Of a DNA stretch of 64,000 bases, positions 12,373 through 27,780 are shown one piece after another. Both the position numbers and the translations under genes were made by a program. Origin of the DNA: Octopus vulgaris (taxonomy: Eukaryota); the NCBI GenBank assembly GCA_951406725.2, contig OX597826.1, forward strand, positions 82,956,001 through 83,020,000, read 5' to 3'. How positions within the stretch are numbered: position 1 is the first letter of the stretch; each line of letters opens with the position of its first letter. The notes below the pieces were generated by a model that ran no database searches, was not told the origin of the DNA, and saw only the letters and a list, made by a program, of their open reading frames with translations.

Positions 12373-13625
12373 GATAGATACATACATACATACATACATA
12401 CATACATACATACATAGAGAAAGAGAGAGAAAGAGAGAAGAAGAGAGAGTGTGATAGATACATAGATAGAGAGAGAGAGAGGAGCAGATAGAGAGAAAGA
12501 GATAGAGAGAGAAAGATTTGTGTGTATATGAGGATTTGCAATTTTTCTTCGTGCGCTACGAATGGACGGATGATCTAAAATGTGAGTTCACTGGAAATTG
12601 AAGGGATTAACTGTTAATGCAGACAATATTTTAGATATGACAAAGCGCAACAGATGTTTTTGTCAACATTTAATGTCTCTACAAAACAGTTGCTGAACTC
12701 TCTCCTTTCAAGTGACATCATAAAAATAAATGGACAAAAAATTCAAAAACTGTCACTAATGCAGAAATGATTAATTCACATTTCGGAAAAGATTTCGCAA
12801 GCATGTTATTTATTTATTTATTTCCATTTTTCTGTGAGACGGCGATGAAGGCAGAAGCGCTGGAACATCGAACAATGTAAAAGTAAGGCTCCTGAAAAAC
12901 TGAGTTCAATACTCGCTGGCGTTAGCTGAAATTTTTCTCCTTCCGAGATAATTAAGATGAAATGCAATTGAAGTAGGTGTACAATACCACCTGTTGTTCG
13001 TCTTCGCAAGAAATTCAGGATTTCTTAGCAATTATTGTCTTAAATGTGAGTAGAAATTATTGTTGGGGTAATTTTTATCCTTTTTATGTGTTTTTATTCT
13101 ACTTAGAGCAGTAATGATTAGAAACAGAAATAAAGCAGCGCAGAAGAAGCAAGCTTTAACGAACTTTACGTTATTTTAACGCTTTCAAAAGACTGAAAGT
13201 AGTCTTGACGTTTTGGACAGTAGTACTTCATCAGAAGGAAGATAGAATAAAACTGGAGGAGAGTAAAAGATGAGGAAAAAGGATAAAAAGAAAAAAGAAA
13301 AAATGGAAACTTTGTATATTTAGGTATAAAATATATATGAAAGAGGTAGATAGTAGGAAAGAAAATGTAAAATAAAAAGGAAGAGAAAGCTAGCAGAAAA
13401 AGAGAAAAAAAGACAGAAGAACAGAGGTGGTCACGTGAGAAAATGTCCAATGCAGGGAGCAAGGAAATATATATAACAGGCGCGTGCAAGCAGTTAAAAT
13501 ACACAAGGAAAGCAATGAGCTGCAAAACGCAAAATACAGGTACCGGTTCTCTAGTCTAGGCATTCATTCACACTTTTCACACACACACATGTTCATACAC
13601 TTACATGCCCGCCGTGCACATCTAA

Positions 13626-13664
<39 letters not shown>

Positions 13665-13667
<3 letters not shown>

Positions 13668-14041
13668 TTGCGTCAGAAATTAATTAGCATTTCTCAAATT
13701 TCTACATTAAATAGGTTAAATCAATTAACCTATGAGCTGTTCAAAACGTCTTACGCGATGCGAAAACTTAGTATGGTGTGATTTCGGTCCTTGCGAAGCG
13801 CTACCTATATCTATTAAACAAAGGAAGATTTGTCTGCATCCGCACTCCAATTTGTTGCACTGCTATGTCAACATCATAAGGCTGTAGACTCTCAAACTGC
13901 TCTGCAAACAAAGTTACGTCATCGTTCTGCGTAACAGTGAACTCGCAACAAAGCAATAGTTCGAGATATGGCCACTAGGTGACAGCACATACCTTGAGTG
14001 AAGAGCAAATCAAGGGTGCTAATTAATTTCTGACGGTAGTG
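13665..14041. mobile_element. Tc1/mariner-type MITE
   Basis: 25-bp TIRs CACTTGCGTCAGAAATTAATTAGCA / TGCTAATTAATTTCTGACGGTAGTG (2 mismatches), flanked by TA within (TA)n. Confidence 0.85.
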
Positions 14042-14077
14042 TATATATATATATATATATATGAATATATATATATG

Positions 14078-14173
<96 letters not shown>

Positions 14174-14701
14174 TACACACACACATATATATGTACACAC
14201 AGGCAGACATACACATATATCTATACATATACACAGCTAGGGAGGAGAAGAATGTAGAGAATAGATAAGAGTAAAGAAATTCTCTTTACATACAATGTTT
14301 TGATCCTTCCCATAACAGTCGAACGAAAGACAGATAATAAATATGTATTTGAATAGCTACAACATCAAGTCTGTGTATTAGTGTGACTTCACAGTTTCTC
14401 ATGTGGAAATATTAAAGTTGATTTTCAAAGACACTTTAACGTCGGAAAGACACTCTTTGAAATTTTTTATTACAATTTTAATCGAATATCAAAATCCGTT
14501 TCCTTGTTTCTTCAATAACAAACAAACCAAATAAATGTACTCTGGTAAAAATATTGTATGTATAAAACATTATATGTCTAGCCAAGTGTGTAAATTCACC
14601 GATATGATTTAAATGATCAATCACACACACACACGTGTGTGTGTATGTATATACGTTTATATAGATAGATATAGATATATGTGTGTGTGTATGCATGTAT
14701 G

Positions 14702-14737
<36 letters not shown>

Positions 14738-14851
14738 CGTGTGTGTATGTGTGTGAAAGTGCGAGTACCATTGATCATTTAGATTAAATCGGTGAAGTTA
14801 CAAACTTGGCTAGACATATGATAAATCTAAGTATGCGTTTGTTGTGACTGC

Positions 14852-14890
<39 letters not shown>

Positions 14891-14899
14891 TGCATACAC

Positions 14900-14964
<65 letters not shown>

Positions 14965-15427
14965 TATGCGCCTACCTATACTATGGAATATAAATATATA
15001 ATTTATAGAATGTAAAATATAGCAAATATTATTGTATATACATAAATACACATACGCTATCTATTTTATATCCATAGTGCATATAAATATGTTTATTATT
15101 ATATATACGATTAACGTGTGTGTGTGTATCTATATCTATGTATATATGTGAGTGTATGTGTGTTGGTATATATGTGTGTGTGCATGTATTTGAGTTGTAT
15201 GTGTTTGTGCATGTGTGTGTACATGCATACACACACACGCACATACGCTCTCATACACAAGCTTTCCTTGAGGGTATTTGACTGATCGGTTGAACCTCAG
15301 TTTTGTTTTTCTATTTTACACCTGACACTTGTTGCTTTCTCTGTTGCTAACGTAAGTTATGATCAAAGAATAAAGAAATGAGCAGATACGTGTTCATTCA
15401 CCTTAGAGAATCCAAAGCACTGATGAA

Positions 15428-15453
15428 CACGCACGCACACACAAACACACACA

Positions 15454-15506
<53 letters not shown>

Positions 15507-15507
15507 A

Positions 15508-15554
<47 letters not shown>

Positions 15555-15670
15555 ACAAACACACACAAACACACACAAACACACACAAACACACACACAT
15601 ACACACAAACACACACAAACACACACAAACACACACACATACACACACACACACACACATACACACATAT
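15428..15670. repeat. (CA)n / (ACACACACAA)n microsatellite
   Basis: Direct inspection. Confidence 0.95.
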
Positions 15671-18600
15671 ATATATTTTGGTCTCCAACTATTGATATAT
15701 ATGTTACAGTAAACCAATAAGAGCGAACGTAAATTCCATTGACATGTGTAGGCTGCTGCTGCCCAATTTCTGCATCAGATACATTCAGCATCGCAGCAGA
15801 AAATGTTTGGCGAGGAGCAAGGAAAAGTAAATACTTCTAATGAAATATATTCAAAATAGATAAGCCTTGGGTCGGGGCTTTAAGAGAGAAATCTAACTGA
15901 GAAAGGATTTACAGCTCTCAATAAAGGGCGTATCAGATGTTTACAGGCAGATATACAAATTAATCCATGGGAATTCTGAGAATTCAAAAGTATAACATTA
16001 AAGATCATAAATTTAGATGAAGTTATTAAGAATATTACATGTTTGACAGTATAAAATAAAAACAGAAAGATAAAAGATTAATAAAGTAGGAAAGAAATAT
16101 ATGTATTGTGATGAGGAAATCTCATTCATCCGTTGCTATAAGCCATCCTCTGCAACTGATACAAAATTAGCCAGGTATCTACATTCTCAAATATATCTAA
16201 ATCAACGCCAATGTATTTAGACGCAGAGGCGTGCATAAATACAGGCACACTCCTCTTTACTACGAAGACCATCTTACACGTTCTGATGTATATTCGCAAC
16301 AATATACATGCCTCATATCTATAAATATAAGCTATTCGTAATTTTACACAGAAATACCTCTATAGAGAAACATGTAAATATACGCATATACATACACATA
16401 CATTCGTACATAATATATATTTATATATACGTAGACTGATGGTAAATGCTCTCCTTCAGAGTAGCAGGATATCCTTTTACCTCTTCCGAAATAATCTCAG
16501 ATTCCAACAAGCCAATCGTCTGCACAGTTTTTTGGCATAAGAATGCATCATTTCTCATGTGGATTTCCAGATTTTACAGCAACGCTGACTTCAGGATTGC
16601 AACGACTCCTGGCCTTGTGTATTCTGTTTGCAATCTGTGGTGTAAACTGAATTGTATAGCAAATATCGGAAAATCGAAATCAAATGGACGAACCATCGTT
16701 GGCCAGTCATCTCATCTCAAGTTTATAATTCAATAATAGTCTCCCACACAACAACAAAGCATATTTACAAGATGGGATGATTTGTCTTGCTTTGTTTTCT
16801 TTTTCGACGAAATAAATTTCATGAAATTTTCAAGAAACGGAAATGGCATGTTGAAACGTTTATGCCTCTCCCAAGATTACCATCAACAATTCGGAACTGC
16901 TTAGCCTAATCTTATATTGCTCATCTCAAAATGGAAATTTGTCTGTTTTGACAAATTTCAAATTTTCGGAAATAGAATGAGGTAGCTCTCATTGCAATCG
17001 CTATGAACGGCGTTAGCCAAAATATAATCCCAGAAGTAATATATTTCATTTTCTATCGTCTTTAACTGACAAGTTTGCACACCAAATAAATGAATAAATA
17101 AATAAACAAACAAATAAATAAATATTCAATTGTGCTTATGTGTGATAATTAGGTGTGAAACTCAACTGAGAAGCTCAATAAGTTCAACACATGTCCACAC
17201 TTGTCACTCGCCGCTGCGGACAGGCCGCAATTTTGAATTTAATTATTTTAAATTTGTGAATTCTCCTTCATAACTTCCTTGATAAGAATCGCTATTAAAG
17301 CCTGTGTCTTTACTTCTCATTACAAATGTAGTTTCGATTAATTAAAATTTATTTTTGTCTCACATTAAGTATATTAGGTGGCACTTAACTGTTCAAGACA
17401 CTCTGCTATAACAATGTCAGCTCTTTGCAACGACAAATTCATTATAGTTAGTTAAGCATGTAATAATATCATCTAATGTCATGTTCATTGAGAGAAATAT
17501 ATTTTCGTCTGGTGAAGGAATTTCAAATCTGTTGAAGGAAAATCAATCATGAGCGCAAACAATATTTCAGATGTGTGTCATTCAAGGTCAAGTTGGTCAC
17601 CAAAATCTAGAAATGATTCATCATATTAATTATGTTTTCTCTAGAAGTAAATTGTATTTAACTTTATTTATTTATTTATTTGGGAATTTACTTTGCCAAT
17701 CCAGCTGTTTCTTGTTTAGTTCCAAATGGATTTACAACCCCCAGACTCACGATCAATGACATTCCTGCCATGACCACCCTGTCATTTTTATTAGCCTAGT
17801 GTCGTATCCCAAATTATATTATTGAATTAGTCGTTGCTGAGATAGGAGGCGCTAAACAAAGCAGCTTCACTCTCACCAGCTAAAGAGCTTCTTTATGTTT
17901 GCCGGAACTGGTAAAACTAGCAGCCTAATACTCCTTAAATAACTCCCTACTATCTTAAATGAAATCAATAGAACACTAGAACATGTATTCCTATGCCTGC
18001 CTAAAAAAAGGGGCAAATCTTGTAATACTTCTGATCATAGATCTTCTTTTTGATCTATAGTGATTTAAGGGGTAGATAATAAGGATCAAAACCACAGGAA
18101 TGTCACGGGCTCCACCGGGTTTCCAATTAAAATTACAACTAATCTTGTCGGGCTATGAAACTGTCGATGTATTTTTTAATGAAATCAAGGTCCAGTAGTA
18201 AAACAATTGATGAGACTGCGATGTGCTTCAACTTTCTGAGATAGCGAAGACTTCACTCTAATACTGGAGTTGTGCTTTTCTTTTTGGCCTTGTAGAAATG
18301 AAAGGCGATGTCGATCTGAACTCACAACACAGAAAACTGGAACAACAATCACAGGTGTTCTCTCTGTGGCTCTTCCGATCTGTGCCAATTCACCTATATT
18401 TATTACATTATCTCTTGATGAGCCAGTGGGAGTAAGCGCTAAACGATCACACCAGTTGCTAAAAATAATAACCAAATGTCCATTAAATCACACAGTACCA
18501 TCTTCAAAATGATGTCAGTGGAAAAGTCGGGGGTCAATGTCTTTTGATCTACAGACATAGAATAACGAGAGCTGCGGGTGGAACGGTCTACCTTAAGTGA

Positions 18601-19740
18601 AGTTACAAATCTTGTTAAGTCAGGGTTCATCTGAGGTTATGTAACATCTTTCTCTCTCTCTGTCTATATATCTCTCTCTGTCTCTCCCTCTCAATCTCAT
18701 CTCTCTTTCTCTTTCCTCTACACCGAGGATACCAGGAGCGATATGCAATTAAGAACCAGCTGGAGGTGAATCTGATCAATGCAGAGGAAAATAAGGAATT
18801 ATTTGCAAATGCATAAATACCTCCTTGCATTAGGCAATTAGTTGGCAGATCTCCAGAAGTCGAACAGAATTTAAATGCAATTCCTTCCTTCTGCTGCGTT
18901 CTAGGTTCATTACCATAGAGGTCAACCTTTTTATTCCTTTCGGTGTCAACAAATAGATTACTGAGAAGAACAAACGACTCCTAATCCGCAAAGAGTCATT
19001 TCTTTTCAGTTTCCTTTTCACGATTGAAGCAATGGCTGTGGTCAGTCCTGGAGAAAGAAGAGCTTCACAAGTTTGAATGTACCGTGTTTCAGTGTAGCAT
19101 TTCTGTGAATTCAAACGGAGCTGAGGGCACATGAAATAAAGGGCCTATATTAAATTCCTGCTTCGTTTCAACCATAATTTTTTTATTATTTTTCGTATGA
19201 GATTTTAGACCCTCAGTACACGGTTTTACATTTGAATTCAAGCGAAATTTCTCCATCGTCTGAGATAACCCTACCCCGCTTCTATGTGACCGATTAATTT
19301 GCTAAATGTAACAAATTTTTCTCAGATATACCCTATCTCTTAACTGAAGACGAGATTCTTGCAATTAGAATATCTTTGATCATAGGTCAAGTCCCCTAGA
19401 TCAAAACTGGTAGGTGTATTGAAAAACAACAAGAACAAATACAACAATAATAACTGAGAGATAAGCTCATAAGGGACTCTACGTGGTGGTCACTCGACCT
19501 ACAAGAAACAGCTGTCAGATCCTTCTCAAATCACAACAGATTATCTTACAATGTATGATATATTTGTATATAATGTCTGGGCAAAGGCGTGGAACGTCTT
19601 TAAAATAGTAGTAAATAGCACGGGAAGAAATTATTTGGGGCTTATCCACAATTATATTTTCACTAAGTTGCAAAATTGCAACCTTAGCAAACCGTGTCTT
19701 TAGAAAATGTTCATTCTTTACTTCATTTTCAAGACAAATA

Positions 19741-20987
19741 TTAGGTTGTCCCAAAAATAATGGCCGCTCTAAGTGTAGTGATTTCAAACGCAATTTTATC
19801 ATAGCATTTTAATGATATTTTGGGTGAATTCCTACATACTTAATAATTGATGTATGCTCTTTAATAATTTTCTACTTATTTCAGACAGAAAACATTCTTG
19901 AAGCAGAGGCGCCTTTAATTATAAACATGACCAAAAAAGATCTTCGCTTACTTTTCTTGCATGGGTCCGATCTTGGGCACAATGCCTCCCAAACTGCTGC
20001 CAATATCAACAGAGCATGGGGTGAGGGGTCCACAAGTGATCGCACAGTACGATGGTGGTTTCAGAAATTCCGTAGAGGTGAGGAGAGCCTTGAACATGAG
20101 AATGGTCATGAAGTCTTGACAATGAACAATTGAAAGCAATTATTGAACAAAACCCACGTCAAAATGTCAGAGAAATGTCTCCGGCACTTGATGTTGCTAT
20201 TTGCAACAGTCTCACGCAATCTGCAGGTGTTTAGTAAGGTGAAAAATCTCGATATAAATGGGTACCGCATGAGTTCAATGAAAATCAAAATGTTCAACGT
20301 TTTGAAGTGTGCTCGATGCTCTTTCTGCGAAACACTAATGATCCTTTTCTTCAACGAATAGTCACTTGTAACGAAAAGTGAATCCTTTATGATAACCGTA
20401 AACGATCAGGTCAATGGCTTGATCGTGATGAGTCCCCCAAACATTTCCCAAGACCAAAGTTGCATTAGCAAAAGATTGTGGTGACTGTCTGCAATTGGTG
20501 TTGTCCATCATTGCTTTCCGGAAGCCAATCAGAGCATTACAGCAGAGGTTTATTGCAATCGACTCGCTGAAATGAGAGCTGCATTAGTGAATCGGCGTGG
20601 CCCAATTCTGCTCCATGATAATGCACAGTCACATGTTGAAAGAATGACGCTGCAGAAACTTACAGACTTGGGATACGAGACTTTACCACATCCTCCATAT
20701 TCTCCTGATTTTTCACCCACTGACTACCATTTTTCAAGCATTTAAACACGTTTTTAAGTGATAAAACTTTCAGATCCAAACGAGAGAGGGAATCAGATTT
20801 CAAAAATTTCTTAGCAGCAAAGCCAATACGTTTTTATCAACGAGGCATAAATAATCTCGTTGACCGATGACAAAAATGCATTGATGTTCACGGCTCATAC
20901 TTTGACTAATAAAAACATTTCTATTGTTAATTTTTCCAGAATAAAATTATAGTTCTGAAATCGGCCATTATTTTCGGAACAACCTAA
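19741..20987 (+). mobile_element. Full-length mariner transposon (cecropia/Hsmar1-like), inactive
   Basis: TA-flanked TIRs TTAGGTTGTCCCAAAAATAATGGCCG / CGGCCATTATTTTCGGAACAACCTAA, length 1247 bp. Confidence 0.92.
19927..20908 (+). pseudogene. mariner transposase, frameshifted
   Basis: MTKKDLR..TAANINRAWGEG..RTVRWWFQKF; WVPHE; VTCNEK*ILYDN; LLHDNA; HPPYSPDFSPTDYH. Confidence 0.9.
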
Positions 20988-22429
20988 TATTATGTAAAAA
21001 ACAAAGTACGCAAATGGAAAATGTATCAAGAAGGGATCGAAATCAAATGACAATCGCCACGCATTTTAGGATTACATGACAACTCAAATTGCTAGAAACA
21101 GCAGCATTATTTCAATCGGATCACATATTGTGATATTAAAAATAGAGGATTCATTGCAAAAGAGAAAACGACAGGGTGGCGACAGCCTAAGGCATCTGAC
21201 CTGAGTCTGTTCGGTTAGAGATGGAAAATAACAATGGATGCGTTAGATAATGCTGTCCCAGACAACAAAAAATAATAAATAAATGAAATTGTTACAAATT
21301 TGAAAACAGTAAACAAAGTCAACTTGGTCAAGCGAATCATAAAATTACAAATTATGAAAATAAAATAATGAAAAATCCTAAAATAGGTTGAATGGTGAAA
21401 GATATTTGATTCGCTACGTTTCTTACAATCCTACATTAAAACTCTCTGTATAAACCACTTATTAATAACTTCTACTCGAGTGGGTCACTTAATGAGTAAT
21501 TAAAATAGAATTTGATAACCTAAAGTCATAGACGTATGTGTGTGTGTGTGTTTGTTTAGAAATGTGCGTGAGTATCTGAACGCGTGCATACATATGTGCG
21601 TGTGTGTGTGTGTGTACTTATCTGCATGCATATACATATACACACTCAAATGTGTGTGTGTGAACAAAATAATAATGACAATGCACAACTCAGCTGAAAG
21701 AATTGTATCATTTTTTGATATTTTAAATAGAAAATCAAAATTGTCAAATCGTTTTAGAATGTAATAATTATTTTTCCATTCAGCTGCAACTGTTTACAAA
21801 CTCAGAACGATTCAAGATGAAGGAGTTGCTTGCTTTTTAAGTAGATTTCAATAACAGTCTGCATCGTTTCGCTTTGTATAAAAGTATTTCTTGTAGCAAA
21901 TCATGATATTCACAGTTATTATCAAATCCACCATTTAAGTACTTTTTTATATTTCGTAATAAATTATTTTTCATTATTCTCAATACATTCGAGCCGATTT
22001 GAACGTGAACATGCTGATCGTTTTAGTATTTTGTTACCTGAAAATATCTCCTCTTTTTGGATGATGTATGTTTATAAGAGATGCGATTCCCTGACGTAAG
22101 TAAACGTTGACTCATGCTAATGTAAACCAACTAAACAAGAGCCAGTATGCACGTGAGATTCATTAATCGAGGTCATTTAAGTGAAAAGGGACACAATACG
22201 ATCGAACACCATGCTGTCTCAAAATCCCTAGATGTCAGTGAACCGCGGACATTACGCAAACACATCTCCTAATCGGAGATGTTCAACGACGACGAAATAT
22301 AACAACGATCAGCGTATTTACATTCGAAACCGCCACACGGTGTATTAAGAATGCATAGAAAACATATTTCTTTCTACATCCAGTGTTACTCAGTCGGCGA
22401 ACGAGAGTAATTGTAAATTGTAAATTATT

Positions 22430-22940
22430 TTAAAATTAGGTGAGTTCGTTCCTGATCCTTTCACAGCTTATCGGATTTTTTTCAACTGGCTAATTAGTGG
22501 TTTGTTGTGTTTCGATTCTGTAATAAAATTCCGGTTTGCCGCCATAATTTTCCAAACATCTTCATGTTCACATAGCAAAAGTCTCTTTTATATTAAATGT
22601 TTGCCTGAGCTTTCTCTTAAATACAGACATACAATTTCGTATTTCGTGGTTTTGCAAAATTTCGATTGGAAACATGTCTATTAATTGTTGACCGACTTAC
22701 CATATTTTCCAATGTCTCTGACTGCCTTTTGCATTCGATGCTTCGTCGATTTCTAAGAGTTCTTTTAATGATTTTTCGATTTTCATATAAAATAAGTTTT
22801 TATGTGATCAAATATTCCAACAGTTCTACAATTGGAATTTACCTGGTTTTTTCTTCTTTATCACTTATTACATCTTAATATTTATATTTTTCTTTTCTAT
22901 TCGGTTTGTAAGAAAAATTTGACTAACATTGGAAAAAGTT
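22430..22940 (-). mobile_element. Penelope-like (Neptune-type) GIY-YIG region, decayed
   Basis: Minus strand across frameshifts: IECKRQSETLENM, TFNIKETF, CLENY.G/QTGILLQNR. Resembles the KRQPKNL and C.E.YIGQTG..L..R motifs. Confidence 0.45.
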
Positions 22941-24339
22941 CTAAGAAAAGGATTTAGTGGATAGTAAAGTTCTATATTCAATGTGGGAAAATATGATAGA
23001 ATGGTCCCCACTGGAGTGTTGCTGAGCCCTACTCTGTTCAGTCATTAATCTGGGGCTCAACCGCAAGAATGCAGACTCAGGTATTCGATTACATAAATTA
23101 CAGAAGAGCAGATACACAGCTTCCACAGAAACGCGCGCACAAATACACACCAACAAACACACACATACACATATATACACACGTAAACAAACACACACAC
23201 AAGAACGCCAACTGAGCTCCTGATGTTGTAAGACTTGTGGAACATTTTTGTAGGGAGAAATATGAAGATTAAATAGACATTGTAGTTACTTCGAATTGAA
23301 TTGAACTGATAGAAGGCACGGCCATTGCAGCAGAAATGAGTTAAACGAAACAAGAACTTGGAGTATTGATTCTTTGGTAATTGAGAGGAACTTTGAACAT
23401 CATTTGGAAAAATTAAATTATGGACATCTTCTCAGGGTGAGCTAAAATGGGAGGCAAATAAGTGTGCGTGCGCGCGTGCGTGTTTGTTTGGTTATCCGTC
23501 AGTTTCCACAAGACTGATTTTGTTGTTGGATCATCGGAACCAGCCGTTTATAGAATTAACGCTTTGGCGACCGGGACATATATCGTTAATGATAATCTCG
23601 GGCAGAATCAGCGTGACACAGAATATGCCAAAACCGTTCTTCTGGAACGCAAATATAATCCGTCCAACTGACTACTTACATTATTTTCCGTCTCCTTATT
23701 TATAGTTAGAAGGTAATGTCGAGCCACAGCTATAGGAAATGACGTTTACACAAGATTGAACTCGGTACTATATATATAGTCGATAGTATGCCTATATGTG
23801 TGTATGTTCATGAATGTGTGTATATGTGTCTGTGTCCTGAGTATGACATTGAACTGTGTACCTCGCCCTGAAGCCCTGGGTTCAAAGGCCCCAGTCAGAA
23901 AATTCCAGGGTTTGAGGAGTGTGAAACTACCTATCAACCACTATTGTTCCCAGACCTGCTCTGACCCAAAGTAGTAGCAACAGCTTGGCTCCTGGTTATG
24001 GGTTAATTAGCATGTCTCGGATTTGAGTCCAGAAGGAGGTCATTCCCACGCACCATCTCCAGGAGAGATGACGCTCTTCGGCTCAGATTCTGGACACAGA
24101 CTTTTCTAGACTGATGATCATTTCCCAGAGACTGTGGTCAGATGTGGATTTCGTATCCTACTGTGACAGTGTAGACATTTTTGGGTGTCACACTGCTCTC
24201 CCAATCGGGACTGAGGACTAAAAAGAAAGCTGAAACAAAGTCTTCTCCACCTGAAATTGCCAGGCAACTGTTCCTGGTTGATCATCGAATGATGTGGTCG
24301 ACGGAAGAGAATAACTTATCGGACTTGACCCAACTAAAC

Positions 24340-25060
24340 AACCTGGGAATTAATTCTCGGCTCATGGAATGTTAGAACACTGCTAGATAGTAAAGAGAGA
24401 TTAGAAGACAGAACTGCTCTAATAGCCAGAACACGCAGTAGATACAAATGAGCGAGTTGTGATTTGCCGAAGAGGCTCAGTTAGAGGAGATCAGCGTGTG
24501 CTATTCTTCTGCACTCAGAAATCCAAAAAGGAGCCCAGACAAGCAGGTGTAGGTATTGCATCAGATCTCAGCTTGATAACAAGCTCAACTCACTGTCAAA
24601 AGGTATTAATGAATGTTTCACAATATCCAGCATGAATGGATGAAGCTAAAGAAGCTTTCTGTGATGACTTCAGTAGAATAATTAAAGGAGAGCCATACAA
24701 AGACAAGATAATCCCCCTGAAGACTAAGTCCCCAGTTGGTGAGGATGACCCTACATGGAAGCAAGTACTAGGAAGGCACCGCATTGGAATGAAGAAGCTT
24801 GATGGTGGCCTACTCTTAAGCTAAGAATTACTAACGCAGTCTTCTGACAAACCATCAAAAGAGGCTGAGTGCAAGCCAGATTAAGCGAATGGCTTCTGAT
24901 TGAATATGTGATTCTATTGCAGGGAGCCCACAATGGTTTTTACATTGTACGCTTGCTAGGGGTGCGGACTGCTGGTCAGACCACCAGCTAGTCAAGAGCA
25001 TCATACCCTGAAACAACCTAGACATAGAACCAAACCTGTAAGGAGGTTCAACATATCTCC
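24340..25060 (+). mobile_element. RTE-clade LINE APE endonuclease fragment
   Basis: WNV*NTLLDS-like start, RTALIART, QLEE, GVGIA, WKQVLGRHRIG, RGADCWSDHQLVKS. Confidence 0.7.
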
Positions 25061-27029
25061 ACTCAAGGCAAAGGGAAAATGTACTGAACAAATGGACACC
25101 CCGAACAAAGCCCTGATATTGATTACTCTTTCCGACAATCAACACTAAACAGATATATATATGTGTGTGTTTGTGTATGTACGTGATGTATTTTTGTGTG
25201 TGCGTATATATGTGTGTGTAATTCACTAAGGAGAGAAGCTACCAAAAGCTAGCATGGTTGACCCCGCGTTTCTTCAAATGATTGCCTCCTTACATCAAAG
25301 AAACGTGTACTTTGCTCATATTTCGAGGGAGATTTTTATGTCACGTCTATTGCTAAGTGACAGCTTGATTCTGGTCTTGTTTCGCCATTCAAAACAGCTC
25401 ACACATTCTAAAGCCCTATTGTATTTGCTCAAAAGCCAGATCCGCTTCCGAAATGAAATGCTGCTCCTACGTTTAGATTCCTTTCTTCAATCGCCTTTTC
25501 TACTCTACGGAATGAATCGAGTCGTACTTCATTTGGAAATTATCTCTTCCCCCACCCCATTGCTAAGATGTTCCTAGTTTAACCCATTTCTTCAATGGTA
25601 ACTATCCAGAATATTGATTCCTCTCCTTATCGGAAGTCACTTGGCCAAATTTGGTGTAAGGCGTCCGTGATTCCTGAAGATTTACCGAAGTAGCGGCAGA
25701 TTACATGCACAAAGCGTTTGACTGCAGGACTGCTGAATAACGAAATAAACTTTTTCAAGTGCTTACCTCAGAACCGAACTTAATCTCATAAAATCCAGGC
25801 TTAACAATCACCTAGTTTAATGACAGCAGTTTCTTTTAATGAAATTATTTTATCAGATCTTTGACAATTATCTCATTTAATTAGCTCCTTTATTGTCACT
25901 TCAGTTACTCGATGTCACTGACATCTGTTCTCTCTGTCAGTTTTTTTTTATTACTTTATCATTATATTTTATGTATTTAATCAATTATTTTATTGCCATA
26001 TTGTACTTATTATTCTAAACGTACATAGACAGGTTTAGTGGCATTATCACCGCACCTCATTCTTCCACATTCTCTAGAAATATCATCTGTGCCTTGCAGG
26101 GAGGATTTTAAACCAAAACTTTTATATGTATGCTTGTATGGTTGTGTGTGTGTATGTGTGTACCTGAATGTGTGTATGTGTGTACCTCTCTCTTAAACAA
26201 ACAACAAAGAAAAGAAAAAACACACATGTATGTGCGTGCATATATATAAAGAGAATTTTGCATTTATAATATAAATTTAATAAAAGAAACTGAGAAAATA
26301 GAGCGACATTAAAAAAAACAACGGATATTTAAAGGTTTGAGAGACAAGGCAAGCAGTATGTCTAATTATTGAGAAAACTGTTTGTCTGAAAGAAATCGGT
26401 AAAGTAGAGTGTGATCGTCATATGATCAAAACTGTCACGTATGTAAAACAATTTTATTCTTATATTTTCTTCCATTTGGAAGAGGGAATCATTTTCATTT
26501 AATATTTTAACTTTTTGGATGCGATAAGCGGTTTAAGATATTTGAATATTCTAAATTGTTTATGCATAGAAGATACAAACACTGTAGGAAAAGAGATTGG
26601 AAAATGATTTTATAGCATTCTGAACTGCGAAACAGTTCAGGTCTGCTGGAATGGTTTGGCAAAACACATTAATCTGCTTTTAGTGATATAGTTTTGGGTT
26701 ATTAGATTTAAAATTCCAGCTAAATCTAGATCTATATTGACAAAATCGTATATGCATTTCTTAGTTGAAGACGAAAACGTCTAAAAATCTTGGTTGTCAC
26801 GATACATCGTTTCGTAACTGTTCATTTCTACCGAAGTGCAGTAAATGAATTCGTTGTATTTCTATTTACGGTCAAGCGGATATTGATTCGGGCGATTGCC
26901 GCCGCTACAAGTTTGTGACTGTTGCACCGAAGAAGACGCGATAAGTTTCATGCAAATGTTTGGACTTGAGCGGGACCGAGTGTCTAGACGACAGGTAGAG
27001 AAGTGAGTGGTGGGGTGATGCAAGAAACA

Positions 27030-27780
27030 GCTAGATGGTGAATGTTAGCGACTGAATACCATTTAGCTGAGTGGTCATTGTCTCTACGTTGGTGGAGAGG
27101 ATTTTAGAAAGTGCTCCATCAACACATGCTGCAATGAGGTGATCAGCTAGACAGCTGCTGATCCAAAGGATGAGATATGGGTAGGCCCAATGGGGAGGAC
27201 ATCTCGATAAGAAATTCACATGCCATAGGAATTTGAACACCTCGTTGGTATCTAATGCAATAACATTGTTTTACTGAATTTCTACAGCAAGATCCCTCAG
27301 GTGAGTGACATAAGAATAGACCGCCAGTGGATTTGGTTTTTAGAAGCCAGAATGGTGGAAAGAAGGATTCAAAATTTGGAGAACGTTATGGCCAAGGACT
27401 GAGATGTTAGAGTTGAAAGCAAATAGGACTAAAGTTAGTTTGCTCAGAGTGGCTACTGCTATGCTTTTCAGGCATGCTTTCAAATGTCAGGATGTAACCA
27501 CACAGAAAGTGAGAGATTGAAGTACAGACGAGCAAGTACAGACGTGAGGGGTGCAAGATTGTCAGGACAAGTAGTTCTTTAAGCAACTGGGGCTATTTCT
27601 TCATCTGGGGTGCCTGTATTTGGGGCGAGCGCTTACTGACGTGAAATAGTATTATTTAGAAGGAATTGGCCAATGATTCTTAGTGTAGAGATAGATTCAA
27701 ATATGGTACCAAAGAGGGATGCTTTCTCCATGTTTTCCTTTGGCCTCTTTTGGCAGTTCTTGTGCAGATCATAATTGAAT
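27030..27780 (-). mobile_element. CR1/Jockey-group LINE RT fragment
   Basis: FKFLWHVNFL...LWISSCLADHLIAACVDGALS resembles FDxVWH..WISSFL.R.I.V.VDG..S; IAPVA*RTTCPDNLAP lies upstream. Confidence 0.6.

Noticed and set aside
16446-16750. Possible minus-strand RT fragment
   Set aside because: Only vague similarity (MVRPF, RNDAF); no diagnostic motif
18185-18630. Overlapping non-repetitive ORFs, possibly a PLE or gene fragment
   Set aside because: No recognisable motif or splice structure
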